From assembly GCF_009914755.1 (NCBI RefSeq), contig NC_060926.1: a stretch of 64,000 nt of DNA; one strand, 5' to 3'. The notes beneath the pieces are model-generated. The model was not told the DNA's origin. It did not search any database and saw only the letters and a list, made by a program, of their open reading frames with translations. Origin of the DNA: the human T2T-CHM13v2.0 reference genome, Homo sapiens. Position numbers and translations under genes: made by a program. Shown here one piece after another: positions 30,896 to 48,180 of this stretch. Each line of letters opens with the position of its first letter. The stretch's first letter is position 1.

Positions 30896-31859
30896 AATAT
30901 AATAATATATAAGATAAATTATTGAATATTTTATACTCTTAGAGAAAATATAATTTCTATGTTGCTTTTAATACCAATAGCAGTATCTGAACATAACTAT
31001 TTTTAACTTTACATATAAGTATGACATAAAGTTATTTAATTGTTTTAGTATTTAAATGAATAGCAGCATTCAGTTTTGGTATAGTAATGAACAATTCAAG
31101 TGCAGTTTTTAAGACTAAACCTATCCTAATGGAAAAACAAAAGTACATTTGAACATACATAACTGACTGGGCCTAAAGCAAAAGTAGATTATGAAAGAAA
31201 ATGCTTAATGAAAGCTTCATATACACACACACACAAAGACATAGAAAACAGTATGAATTTATAAAATTTTTCCAGTAGGAAAAGGAGTAAATGAAATTAT
31301 AGAAAAAGAAAAATGCATATAAGAATGCATAGAGTCATACTATTTGTAAGCACAAATATTTAAAAAGGAAGAGAGAAATAAAGCTGAAAGTTGGTATAAA
31401 TTATATTTGTTATTCTAAAAGCCACATTTGTCATTTAAATAATTTTGATCTTTGAATTTTATACTGTTATGTAACGGAAGTTACTAAAGTATTTTTAACT
31501 AGGTGGCTGATATGATTGGATAGTCATTTAATATATACATTACTCTGACAATTGTGTGGAATAGTGATGGTACCAGGAGCAAAAGAAGAGAAAAGAAGTC
31601 AGATGTTATTTCAAAAATTCAGTACTATCAGTATGGATGAAAAAGAGTATGTGACAACAATAAATACCACTTGGTTTATTGCCCATGTAAGGGTAGAAGA
31701 AGAGAGAGACTTCAACAATGACTCAGTTTTTCTGTCTTGGGTAATTGGAGGCACAATGATATCAAGCATTAAAATAGAAAAATATTTGTAGCCATAGTTT
31801 TGAAATATAATAATCAGAACGTGGTTAATTAATTATTCATTACAGACCAACCAAAACTT

Positions 31860-32830
31860 TTGATCTTGGACTTGATCTTGGATGTCCCATCCTTCAGAAC
31901 TGTGAGAAAGAAATTTCTGTTGTTTAAGCTACCCACTCTAGTGTATTTTGTTTTGATAGCTTGAGCTGACTAAGATTTTGGTAGAAGTGGGGTGCTGCTA
32001 TAACAAATGCCTGAAAATATGGAAGCAGCTTTGGGACTGGCCAATGGGCAGAAACTGGAAGAGTTTTGAGGCACATCCTAGAAAAACAAATGTTAGGGGT
32101 AATTCTGGTGAGGCTCAGAAAGTAAAGAGGAAAGCTGGAAAGAAAAGGCTTCCATCTGCTTACAGAATATATGAACAGAGTATCTGATTCTATTTAACAT
32201 CTATGGATGTTAAGGGCCACTATGCAAAATGTGAGATGGAAATAAAGAATGTGTTATCGGAAACTTGAAGGAAGGTGATACTTATTATCAAGTGACAAGT
32301 AACTTAGATAAATTGTGTTTGTATTCTACAATTTCATGGAAGGTAGAACTTTCAAGCAATGAAGGTATATATTTAGCTGAGGATATTTCTAAGTAAAGTG
32401 TTGAAGGAGTGACTTAGTTCCTCCTGACTGCTTGTAAGAAAATGCAAGAAAAGAGAGGGATGAATTGAAGAAGAAATTACTAAACAAAAGAAAAAAACAG
32501 AACTTGCAGATATTAAAAATTCTCAGCCTATCCAAATATATTTCTCATTTTCATAATATTTTCTCATTTCTCTGAAGAGAATACTAAGAGTATCATTAAA
32601 AAAAAATTGATAAAGTGGTCACAGGTGTGACTCATGAACTAAATCAATCATCTCAATAAAATCTAGAAATAGAGATGGGAATATGCCAGCAGAGACACTG
32701 CCAGTTTGAGCTAAGGGGACAGAGAAGGAAGGACAGAATAAAGGAAGCCTAATGACCTTAGATTTTACAGGACAAAACTATAGATCTACTTGACTGGAAA
32801 AGTACAATATCTTTCAAGAAAAGGGAAGAA
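31860..32830 (+). mobile_element. MLT1-type MaLR: LTR 3' part plus start of internal region
   Basis: cagaactgtgagaaagaaatttctgttgtttaagctaccca...gactaaga then ttttggtagaagtggggtgctgctataacaaatgcctgaaaatatggaagcagctttgg. Confidence 0.75.
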
Positions 32831-32834
32831 ATGT

Positions 32835-33408
32835 GCCATTATTCACAATAAGCAGTATATAGAAACAATCTAAGTGTTCAACAACAGATGAGTGGATAAA
32901 TAATTATTTTGTATATATAGTACTCAGCCTTAGAAAAACAAGGACATTGCTATTTTTGACAACATGGATGAACCTTAAGAGAATTATGCTAAGTGAAGTA
33001 AGTTAGTCTCACAACTTACTTCACTTACCTTACTTCGCATTATCTCACATATATGTGAAATCTAAAAATACTGAACTCATAGAAACAGAGTAAAATGGGG
33101 ACCTCAGGGGCAGAGTCAGTGGTGGGGAACAGGATTGGGGAGATGTTGGTCAAAAGTTACAAAACTTCAGTTAGACAGGAGGAATAACTTTAACAGATCT
33201 ACTGAACAACATAATTACTATATTAATAACAATATGTGTATTCTTGAAAAGCGCTAAGAGAATGGATTGTAAGTGTTCTCACCACAAAAATCTGTGAGTT
33301 AATACATATGTTAATTAACTTGATTTAACCATTCCACAATGTACAGATATTTAAAAACATTATGTGGTACACAATAAACATACACAATTTTATCTGTCAA
33401 TTAAAAAC
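32835..33408 (+). mobile_element. L1MA-type ORF2 end and 3'UTR fragment
   Basis: cattattcacaat...gacaacatggatgaacct...ttcagttagacaggaggaataa...ctgtcaattaaaaa. Confidence 0.8.
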
Positions 33409-33513
33409 AGGGCTAGCTCAGTCTCTAATCAGTGAAACACTGTTTCACATTACATTTATCCTTTATATACTAAGCACAGAAAGCATAGCACTGGGGCATT
33501 TTTATTCTTAGGC

Positions 33514-33686
33514 CAGGGATTGACAGAAATAAAAGTCAAGATAGTAAACATTTTAGGTTTTGTGGGCCATCTAGTCTTGTGTCACAAGTACCCAACTCTG
33601 TCATGGCAGTGTGAAAGCAATTATAAACAAAAACAGGTGTTTGGCTGGCCAGATTTGGCCTGTCAACCATAGTGCATTGACCCTTG
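33514..33686. mobile_element. MER58A-like hAT-Charlie element
   Basis: agatagtaaacattttaggttttgtgggccat...ggccagatttggcctg...gacccttg. Confidence 0.7.
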
Positions 33687-33990
33687 TTTTAGACTCAATG
33701 TTTGAGGATTACCATCAAAATAATTTGAATGACTTGCTCTGTGAAGCCTGACTAAAAATAATAACATTAATGGTATAGTGGGAATAAACGTGCATATGAA
33801 CGTCCCCAAATCTCACAGTATAAAAGTTGATTCCTTCAGCAGCTTATAAAGAGGACAAGTACTTTGTTCAACCTTTCCCACACATACATAGAACTACAAA
33901 CTGTTTATTATCTCATTATATTTATATAAAAATAATCATTATATATTTGAGAAAATCTACAGCATAAAAGATTAAAAAATAGTAAAAAAT

Positions 33991-34277
<287 letters not shown>

Positions 34278-37200
34278 TTATATATATATATATAGTATAT
34301 CATATATATATTTACTGTATATATTATATGTATATATAGTAAAAGATAAGAAAGCTTGACATCAAGGAAAGAGATACTTTGGCAACAGAGTGAAATTTAA
34401 AATAAATTTATTTGGCATTTTATTTTTTTATTTTTTTAAATCTGGCATTTTAAAGAACATATTGCAACCATAAAAAGTCAGAATTCTATAGTAATAAACT
34501 AGAAATAGAACAAAATACATTTGAGTATTACTAATTGTTGCTTAAGTTCAAAAAATAAACGTCTAAAATATAAAAATTTTTAAATTATCACAGAATTCAC
34601 AAAAAGCACATATACTATGAAAGAAAATTTAAAAGACAGAAGATCCACTCAAAAAAAGAGAATAAAGAAAATGGAGTTAAACAAAATTTTAAATAGAAAA
34701 TATGAGAAAATTAATCAAAGCTAGAGGAAACGTGTTTACATGGAGAGGGTTCACTGAATAACACTTAAATTTAAAAAATAAAATTATTTTAACCTTAGAA
34801 TTCTGAGGTAAATTATCATTCAAGTGTGATGGTGAAATAAAGTTTCTGGGATTGAAAAATGTATTACCTATATAACCTCTATTAGGAAATTATTTTAAAA
34901 TACACTTTTGAAAATAGGGAAGTAAACCAATGAGAGAAAACAGGGGATAGAACCTAACAGAGGTGACGTCCATGAAGGTCAACAAAACCAATGTGGGAGA
35001 AGAATTAGGGACTGCAATCTTTAAGAAGTATGGTGATTTAATAGAAGAGTCAAAATCACTTAGACCACGAAAGCTTTTCATAAATACAGTAAAAACAATT
35101 GATGGGGTCTGAAAAGAAAATAAAGTTTTACATAGAACCTTTTTTTAACAGGCATTGTTATAACAACAGTGCACTCATAGATAATTAAATCCTATGTCAG
35201 CAAATTCATTGTAAAGTAAGATTGTTGATAATAATTGCACAGAAGCTACATTTTGATTTTCAATGTTTAGTGCCATAATACAAATTATGGTAGACTTAAA
35301 GTATAATAATACAAAGTAGATTCCATGGAAGACATGATCCTATTTCACTGTAATATGGGAGAAATATTGTGGAAATTTAGTGACAAATTGAGATTATGGT
35401 TACTGTTTGTATTATATATGTGCAATATATGACTGTTGAGGCTTCCTGACAAATTAACATGCCTTTTGGCATATTCTGCTATGTGGTGAAATGCTTTTGA
35501 CTCATAATTAAAGACTAGTGTCTACATATCTCCTTTGATAAAATCTACCTGACAAAGCATTACAGCAACAATATTAGTTGAAGTTTAAAGTGCTTATAAA
35601 TCTCTTTAAATATTTTTTACACTTGTCCTATCAATAAACATAACTTTTTAGTTAAAAATACACATTTATATCCAAAGTATAGTCTTAAATCCTTCCCCAG
35701 TACATTCCTCTAATTACTGTAGTTTTCCTGCCTACATTTTGTTATCTATAAACTAATGATTGGTTTGTCATTAACAGGAGAGTAATTGCAACAGTGTTTT
35801 TTTTTGGCATTTCTTCTTCCAAGCATATCAGGATCAGCATACATGTTTTTTCATTAGCTCACAGCACAAATGGTTGACAGTTTAGGGATTTGTACAGCAG
35901 TTCTTGCTAAATTTCATTATTTGATCCGTCTTGATGAAGGAAAGGTTGTTATACGACTGTGCTGACAAACTGACAAACCTTGCTTCTGCTCTTACAACTT
36001 TTTAAACATCATGGTTAATATTCATCTAGTGTTCCTCAACTGTGTGCCACAGGAGGGCATACCATTCACATACAGTTAACTGAGAAATCATGGTGATGAT
36101 TCAGACAAATATTGGAAGTGATATGCTGATGGTAGCAGTCTATGATTTGACCCAGATTAAGAAAAATATATGTCGTTTTTCCTCTCATGCAATGTATGTT
36201 TATGGAGAAAGCATTTAGTTATTTGTCACAGTATTTTTCACTGTCTACTACATTTCTGTTGTATTTAATTTTATTTTTCTATTTTATCACTTTAAATATG
36301 CTATCATGGTAATTTCATATTGAAATACAAAAATAATGAAGCTTATTAAACAAAATCCTGGTAAAATATTTACATAACAGAAATGAAAATTGAATAATCC
36401 CATGATATTTGTTTAGATCCACCTATCCTACATATGCAAGTAGACATAACGAGGGGGTAAAATTTCTGCATTTAGATCTCAGCAACATTTGAATCATTTT
36501 TAAGTAATCATTTCATAAGATTGACAGTTTTCCTAAAGGTAGACTGTGTTGCCTTCATTGTGCTTTGAAAAAAAAGTATAAAAGTGAGGAAATAATAAAT
36601 ACTAAATGTCAATGCAAGATGAGTTATTGCAAAAGTTTTGCAAACTTTTGACCCTGATTATCATTAATTCTGATTTTGAATTTCAGTTTAAGTTTATTGT
36701 TCTTATTCTACCATTCTTTTTTTACAAGGGATTTTAAATAATAACATATAGCAACTCACTTTCTCATGTTTGTAGAAATCAAAAATTATTTACATATGTA
36801 TTTACTCACTGAGGGTGGTTCTTCAAAATTTTAAACAATTAAATTTATAAATGTTCTAATACTGGTGTTTTTAATATATTATTTTTATTTTTTAATATTG
36901 GATTTCTTTTCATACATGGTTTTGTGTCAAAAAACAAACTTTATTTGAACTACAATGCTATAGTAAAAAGTTCATTTTTTTACTTTAGTCAGTTTTATTA
37001 TCAATTTTGCATTTTTTTAATTGAGCTGAATCTTAAAAGGTAGGTTAAAAATTGTGCAGGAAGAGCAAAAGAGAAAAACCTTTCAGTGGAAAAAACAGAT
37101 GAATGTCAAGTACAGATGTATATAAAGGATAAAACTGAATGAAACATATGTTCAGAATCGGAATAAGATTTTTTTCCATAATTTATCCATTTTCATATGT

Positions 37201-38629
37201 ATATATGTATCATTTCTAATTCTATGTTGTTATCAGATTGGATGACTTATTTGCCTATTTCCCTTTTCTTTATAGCTATTTTTGTTACTCATACATAGCA
37301 TAGCTCCTACTACACTAATTATATTTTAATTCTGAATTATTGGGAAGGCACTCTCCTAGGCACTAGAAAAATAGCACAAATGTAAAAGTCAAAAATACAT
37401 TATTCTCATTTTCAAGTTGCTTACGATCTAACCAGTGGGGTAATTGGCTACTTTCTCTACTACTGATTCTTGGCACTTGCTGGGTTCTTCCAGTCCCATT
37501 TGTTCTTTAAAGCCAGTGATCTGTAGCCTCAGTTTGAATCAGAGAAGATCTTTAAAATAGATACTCAAAACAGTGATGATTGAATGGTACAACTATTTAC
37601 AACAGGCATTTCCTCTCTTGTCAGAGTTAATGAAGGCATTGTGAGCAGCAGTTTTTGGACTGTCTACCAAGGATAATTTCATTCTTCTATAAATGTTTAA
37701 AATGTAACATAAAAAGTTAAAGCTAAGTAAGTGAATGAAACTAATGTTTTTGTATGGATTACACTTATTTTAATATATAATGAACACATTTTTGTTATAT
37801 ATAATTAATTAGCCACACATATCACTTTTATTTCAAGTCAAGGAAAAACAGGTAACTTCTTATTAAGGATTGGTTGTTTTATAGCCAATCATTCCACATG
37901 CAACCTGTTGGGGAGGCAAAATATTCTCAACCCAATATTGGAATAGCCAGATACATCATGAAAATATTATACTCTAAATAATTTGGAGAAAATATTTATA
38001 GGTCATTTTCAATTTTCCATGAGCTTTTGTTCCTCATAGAGCTCCGTCACATCTTTGTACACACAGCCTCTGTTGACCCAAAATAAGCGGGTTGCTTGCA
38101 TCTGCTCTAGTCTCTTCTGTGCATATGCACAGTTTCTGGTCAACCCAGGATAATGGGCATGGCTTATCAATTTCTCTACACCTATCTCACTCCTAGAACT
38201 GCCTCTTAAATTCCTCAGCTAGTCCTTTGGTCTATTATTTGAGCCAACAGAACGACCCTAGCTGGCAGGGTCAGTAGCCCTCCCGTTTGCTTGCCACTAA
38301 GATCACCACTTCAAGTGATACTCCTCCAAATCAGGTAAACCTCTCCCGACAGCAGCAGCAAAACAGCTGGTTTCACACCCTGCCCTACCTTATGTAACTA
38401 CCAGGTTGCCAAAGTCAGGTGGGGATGGGAGCCACTGTTTACGGGAATTTCATAAGTAACCTAGATTTCACTAGAGACTTAATAGGCAGCTAAATGGTAC
38501 AGAAATCATGCAATCTATAGCTCCCCTTTGAAATTAGATGTAACTGTAAACATATTTCCATTTTATCCAAAGGCAAATGAAAATTAAAATTATATAAGAA
38601 TAAGTAAATTTTCATAAAATGTGTGGAAA

Positions 38630-38770
38630 TGAATCGGCCACTCACTAGCTATATGTTCTTAGCACAGAGTCCAACCTGCTATCTCTTTGTCTGTAAAATG
38701 GCATCAATGCAACCACATGGCTATACAATCCATTTAAGACAGTATTTATTTAAAGTATTCCATAATATCA
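38630..38770. mobile_element. MIR fragment
   Basis: gccactcactagctatatgttctt...tctgtaaaatgg core-like motif. Confidence 0.35.
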
Positions 38771-38898
38771 AACTGGAAACTATAAAATCTTCACAGAGAG
38801 TGTCTTCTCCTAACTTTCGTTCTATCATCTTCACACTTTTCAAGTTGTGCATCATGACAATAAAACTTCAATAAAAGTCTGATCAATAGTATTTATAG

Positions 38899-39302
<404 letters not shown>

Positions 39303-39494
39303 TTAAAGAATTATTTTTTAAATGTATGAACTATATGCCAACAAATTTGAAAACCTAGAAGAAATGGATACAGTCTTTTATATTGTTTTTAATTAAATAC
39401 GTAATATCACAGGAAGAAAATCTCAAAGATAAATAGAACTTCCATTATGTTCCAAAGGCCATTTTCCATCTATATTTTACTTAAAACATTTTCT

Positions 39495-39739
39495 CACTCA
39501 TAGGTGGGAATTGAACAATGAGATCACATGGACACAGGAAGGGGAACATCACACTCTGGGGACTGTTGTGGGGTGGGGGGAGGGGGGAGGGGGGAGGGAT
39601 AGCATTGGGAGATATACCTAATGCTAGATGACGAGTTAGTGGGTGCAGCGCACCAGCATGACACATGTATACATATGTAACTAACCTGCACAATGTGCAC
39701 ATGTACCCTAAAACTTAAAGTATAATAATAAAAGAAAAA
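39495..39739 (+). mobile_element. Severely 5'-truncated L1PA2-like insertion (~245 bp)
   Basis: gatgacgagttagtgggtgcagcgcacc 3'UTR; TSD aaaacattttct at 39483-39494 and 39740-39751. Confidence 0.95.
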
Positions 39740-40330
39740 AAAACATTTTCTGATTATGTAAAGAACAGATTTTTATAATAGAAAATTTGGAAACTGCAGA
39801 AAACAGTTGAAAATAAATATCTAAAACAATACATCCAAAATAGCAATTATTAACATGAAGCCTTCTTCTATGGTGGTAAAACACACATAACATGATATCT
39901 ACACTCTTAATAAATATTTAAAGAAACAGTGCAGTATCTTAACCATAAGCACAATGGTGTATAGCAGATCACTAGGAGATTTCATTCTGTATGACTGAAG
40001 TTTTATACATATTGAATAGCAACTCCCTATTTCTCCCTTTGCCAAGTCCTTGGCAACCACCATTCTACTTTCTGCTTCCATAAGTTTGAATAATTTAGAT
40101 ACTGTATATAAATAAAATCACTCAGTATTTGCACTTCTGTGATTGCCTTATTTCATTTGTGGTAATGTCCTCAAGATTTATCTATGTTGTAGTATATGAC
40201 AGTATTTACTTGTTTTTATGACTGAATAACATCCAGTGTATGTGTAGAGCAGGACTTGAGATTCAGGCATCTTGGTTTTCCATGTTGTAGAGGTTATATG
40301 TCTTGGGTCTACTTGACTTCTATAATCCTG

Positions 40331-40690
40331 TGTATTCATCCATTTTCACACTGCTGATGAAGACATACCTGAAACTGGACAATTTACAAAAGAAAGAGGT
40401 TTACTGGACTTACAGTTTTATGTGACTGGGGAGACCTCACATATCATGGCAGAAGGTGAAAGGCATATTTCACATGGTGGCAGACAAGAGAAGAGAGCTT
40501 GTACAAGGAAACTCCCATTTTTAAAACCACCAGATCTCGTGAGACTCATTCACTATCACAAGAACAACACAGGAAAGACCCACCCCCGTAATTCAGTCAC
40601 CTCCCATTGGGTACCTCCCATGACATGTGGGAATTGTGGGAGTTACAATTCAAGATGTGATTTAGGTGGGGACACAGGCAAACCATATCA
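40331..40690 (-). mobile_element. THE1A/B solo LTR
   Basis: tgtatt...ccattttcacactgctgatgaagacatacc...aaaccatatca; perfect 5-bp TSD tcctg. Confidence 0.92.
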
Positions 40691-40728
40691 TCCTGTGAGC
40701 CTATTCCCATAATAAATCCCCTCACATA

Positions 40729-40758
40729 TCTATAGATCTACATCTATCTATCTATCAT

Positions 40759-40803
<45 letters not shown>

Positions 40804-40853
40804 ATCTATCTATCTATCATCTGTCTATTATCTATCTATATATCTATCTATAT
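40729..40853. repeat. (TCTA)n / GATA tetranucleotide STR, about 10 perfect units in an imperfect array
   Basis: Directly visible. Confidence 0.95.
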
Positions 40854-42084
40854 CCTATTTGTTCTGATTCTCTGGAGAACTCAAATATACTATACAAATT
40901 CTATTTTTAATTTTTTGAGAAAATTTCATATTGTTTTGCATAATGACTACACCAATTTACATTCTCTCCAACAGTGTATGAGAGTTCTGTTTTCCCCACA
41001 TCCTTTACCTTAAGACTTACCTTTTTGGTTTTTATAATAGCTGTCTTATCAGGTGTGAGGCAATATGTCATTGCGGTTTTGATTTTCATCTTCCTGATGA
41101 TTAGTAATGTTGAGCAACTTTTCATATACATGTTAACCATTTTTATGTCTTTTTGGAAAAATGTCTGTTCAGGTCCTTTGCCCATTTTTAATTAGATTTT
41201 TTCTTTTGCTATTCAGTTGTAGAAGTCCCTTATGTAATTTGGATATTAATACCTTACCAGATATATGTCTCACAAACAAATATTTTCTTCCATTTCATAG
41301 GATGCTTTTTTACTCTGTTGATTGTTTCCTTTACTTTTTAGTCTGATGTAGTCCAAACTTGTCTATTTTTGTCTTTTGTTGCCTCTGCTTTTGGTGTGAT
41401 AGCCAAGAACATGTGATCGAGATTACCATAATGAAGTTTTTTCTATGTTTTCTTCCAGTAGCATTATAGTTTCTGAGGTCTTACATTTAAGTGCTTAATG
41501 CATTTTGAGTTGACTTTTGTGGATGGTCTAGGATAAGGGTCCAATTTTATTATTTGCATGTGGATATTCAGTTTTCCAAACACCATTTGTTGAAGAAGCT
41601 GCCTTTTCTTGACACTTGTGTTCTTGACACTTGTTAAAAACCAGTTGACCATACATGTGGGGGTTTATTTATGAGCTCCTTATTGTGTTCCATTTTTCTA
41701 TATGTCTGTCTTTGTCAGCAGCATGCTGTTTTGATTACTGTAGCTTTGTAATATGCTTAAAAATTAGAGAAAATGATACCTCTAGATTTGTTCTTCTGTA
41801 TAAAATTATTTTGATTCTTAGCAGTCCTTTGTGGTTTCATATGAATTTTAAGGGATTGTGCTAAATTTGTACACTGCTTTGGACATTTTTCCAATAACAA
41901 GTATTGCAATCCATAAACATGGGATGGGTCTTTCAAGTCATCATTAATGCCTGGAGCTATTAGCCCATCAGAACCGGTGAACAGTATCTCTCTAGAAATT
42001 TTTTCTACTCCCTCAGAATCACTTATTCACAAAGAAAAAGATTCACTCAACTTTTCTTCTATCTGGAAGAAAATTTATCCTAAG

Positions 42085-46100
<4,016 letters not shown>

Positions 46101-46129
46101 TAGACTCAGGACTGAGTGCATGTTTAGGA

Positions 46130-46523
46130 CTTAGCAGATATGATTGCATTAAGACTTTTGAGATGGGATGATTATTCTGGATTGCTCTAATGGACCCAGT
46201 GTAATCCCAAGGATTGTTATAACTGAAAGATAAAATCAGTAGGGTCAAATAGAGATTCGAATATTTCCTATTGCTAGATTTCAAAATGAAGAGGAGGCTA
46301 TGAGCCAAATAATTCAGGCAGCCCCTAGAAGCTAGGAAAGGCAAAGAAATAGATTATTCTCTAAAACCTTCAGAGAAATGTAGGCCTTCTAACATTCTAA
46401 AGGTCACCCAGTAAAACTCATTTTGAACTTCTAATCTCCAGAATTATTAGATAATATGTTTGTGCTGTTTTAAGTCATTAAGTTTGTTGTAATTTGCTAC
46501 AGTGACAACAGGAAAGAAATACA
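46130..46523 (+). mobile_element. MLT1C/D-like MaLR LTR
   Basis: ttgagatgggatgattattctggatt...ctagaagctaggaaaggcaaagaaatagatt...acaggaaagaaataca. Confidence 0.8.
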
Positions 46524-46829
46524 CCCCACCTTCTCGTTGCAATTTAGGGTAGATTTCTCCACTATTTATTTAATTTCATCTCTGTACATACTTCTATCAG
46601 AGCACACATTTATCCCATAGATATATATTAAAAACATTTTTGTGTCAGTTTTATCCAATTGAATAAACACACAGAGGGTATTTTGCTGTATTTTGATCTC
46701 TTGAGTAGATTACTAGCTTCTATAGTTTGAGACTTATGTCTTTCAACTCTATGAACATAGTTACTTTATCTAATTATGAAGTTGGAATTAAATTGCAGCT
46801 GAATAACAGATATATGAATTTCTCAAGCC

Positions 46830-48180
46830 CTCCAACCTGGAAGTTACCTTTCATTCTTCCCTGTCCTTTATTCACTACAACTCATCATCAAACTTCTCTA
46901 CCATTGAAAAAATAAAAAAACCTAGAATATGAAAACTTTTAGTTTCTTCACCACTATCACTCTGTTCCAAATCACCATGTTCCCCAATTGGAACTCATAA
47001 CTTGCCAAAACTGTTGCAATAGCCTCATAATTAGTTTTCTTAACTATCTTCTTGCCTCTTTATAGGTTTATTCTTAATCTACTACTCTCAACCCAGAGTA
47101 CTTTTGTTTAAAAAAATTCTGATTATTACATTCCTCTGCTCCAATGCCTCCAATGCTTTACAGTGTCACTCATAATAAAATCGAAAATGCTTTTGATATA
47201 TCAATTGCTACATGATTTAGCGCAGTGATATTTTGATGAACTCATCACCTCCCTTATTCCACTGGATCATTTTGTCTTGCTATACTGGTCTTGTAAAACC
47301 AGCATAATTGTCTCATAGAACTGATGTTTATGGCTTCTTTTGAAGACACAAAATAATTGACCCTCCCAGTCTTAAAACTTGAGAAACTTAAACTTGTTTT
47401 ATCTGAGTTTCTTTCTCAGGAAACAAACCATCAGTCATCCCAGATAGTATCAAGGAACTGAAACTTAGCAGATCACCACATTTGGACAATGAGGTGCTGG
47501 ACTCTTCACCCATCATGATTGCCTATTCAACCACCTGCTTCCTATTGACCACCTCCCCTTCCTTACCTCTCCAAAATTCCTGTTTTTTCACATATAGTTA
47601 CATTTCTTCCTTGCTATATAAACCCCTATATTTAATAGGTTGAGGAGATGGATTTGAGACTGATTTCCCAATTTCTCAGCTGAGGGACACAAATGAAGCC
47701 TTCTTCCTTGGAAATATTTGCTTTAGTGATTGGCTTTCTTTGTGGTAAGCAACAGGACCTAGACTTTACCTGGTGTTTCAGTAACACTTGCTATGCAAAC
47801 AGTTAAGGCACTCTGAGATCCTTAGCACTAAAAACTGCCTATTCCTGGAATGCTCTTGCCCATTGTATGCTTTATTCATCTCCTCCTACTTCACTCAAGT
47901 CTCTGCTCAACAGTGCCTTATATAATTGTTCCTCTGAGACCACACTATATGTAATCACACATTCCGCTTATATTTATCCATCTTTCACGACTTTATTTTT
48001 CTTCCCAACCCTTATCATCACACGATACTTTATATACTTTTTGTATCCTATGTTTCTTCTCATTATAACATAAGGTCCATGAATGGAGACACATAGTCTA
48101 CTGTTTTATATACAAGCACACCCCCTATACCTAGGCCAGTTTTTCAGAAGTGCTTAATAAATGTTTGTTGAATAAATAAG
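46830..48180 (+). mobile_element. L2 3' region interrupted by an ERV1 LTR
   Basis: L2-like motifs and terminus gtgcttaataaatgtttgttgaataaat. Confidence 0.65.
47294..47786 (+). mobile_element. ERV1-class solo LTR (LTR54/MER66-like)
   Basis: aattgtctcatagaactgatgtttatgg...gctatataaacccc (TATA)...gtttcagtaaca; 4-bp TSD cttg at 47290-47293 and 47787-47790. Confidence 0.8.

Larger units (their letters stand above)
40245..40892 (+). mobile_element. MLT2-type (ERVL) LTR 3' fragment
   Basis: ctataatcctgtg|agcctattcccataataaatcccctc...tatcctatttgttctgattctctggagaac is the MLT2 3' signature. Confidence 0.7.
39865..41935 (-). mobile_element. Old L1MA9/MB-like 3' portion interrupted by MLT2 and THE1
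   Basis: 3'UTR (ggcaaccaccattctactttctgcttc) and decayed ORF2 (ORF 40907-41185, IIRKMKIKTAMTYCLTP). Confidence 0.75.
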
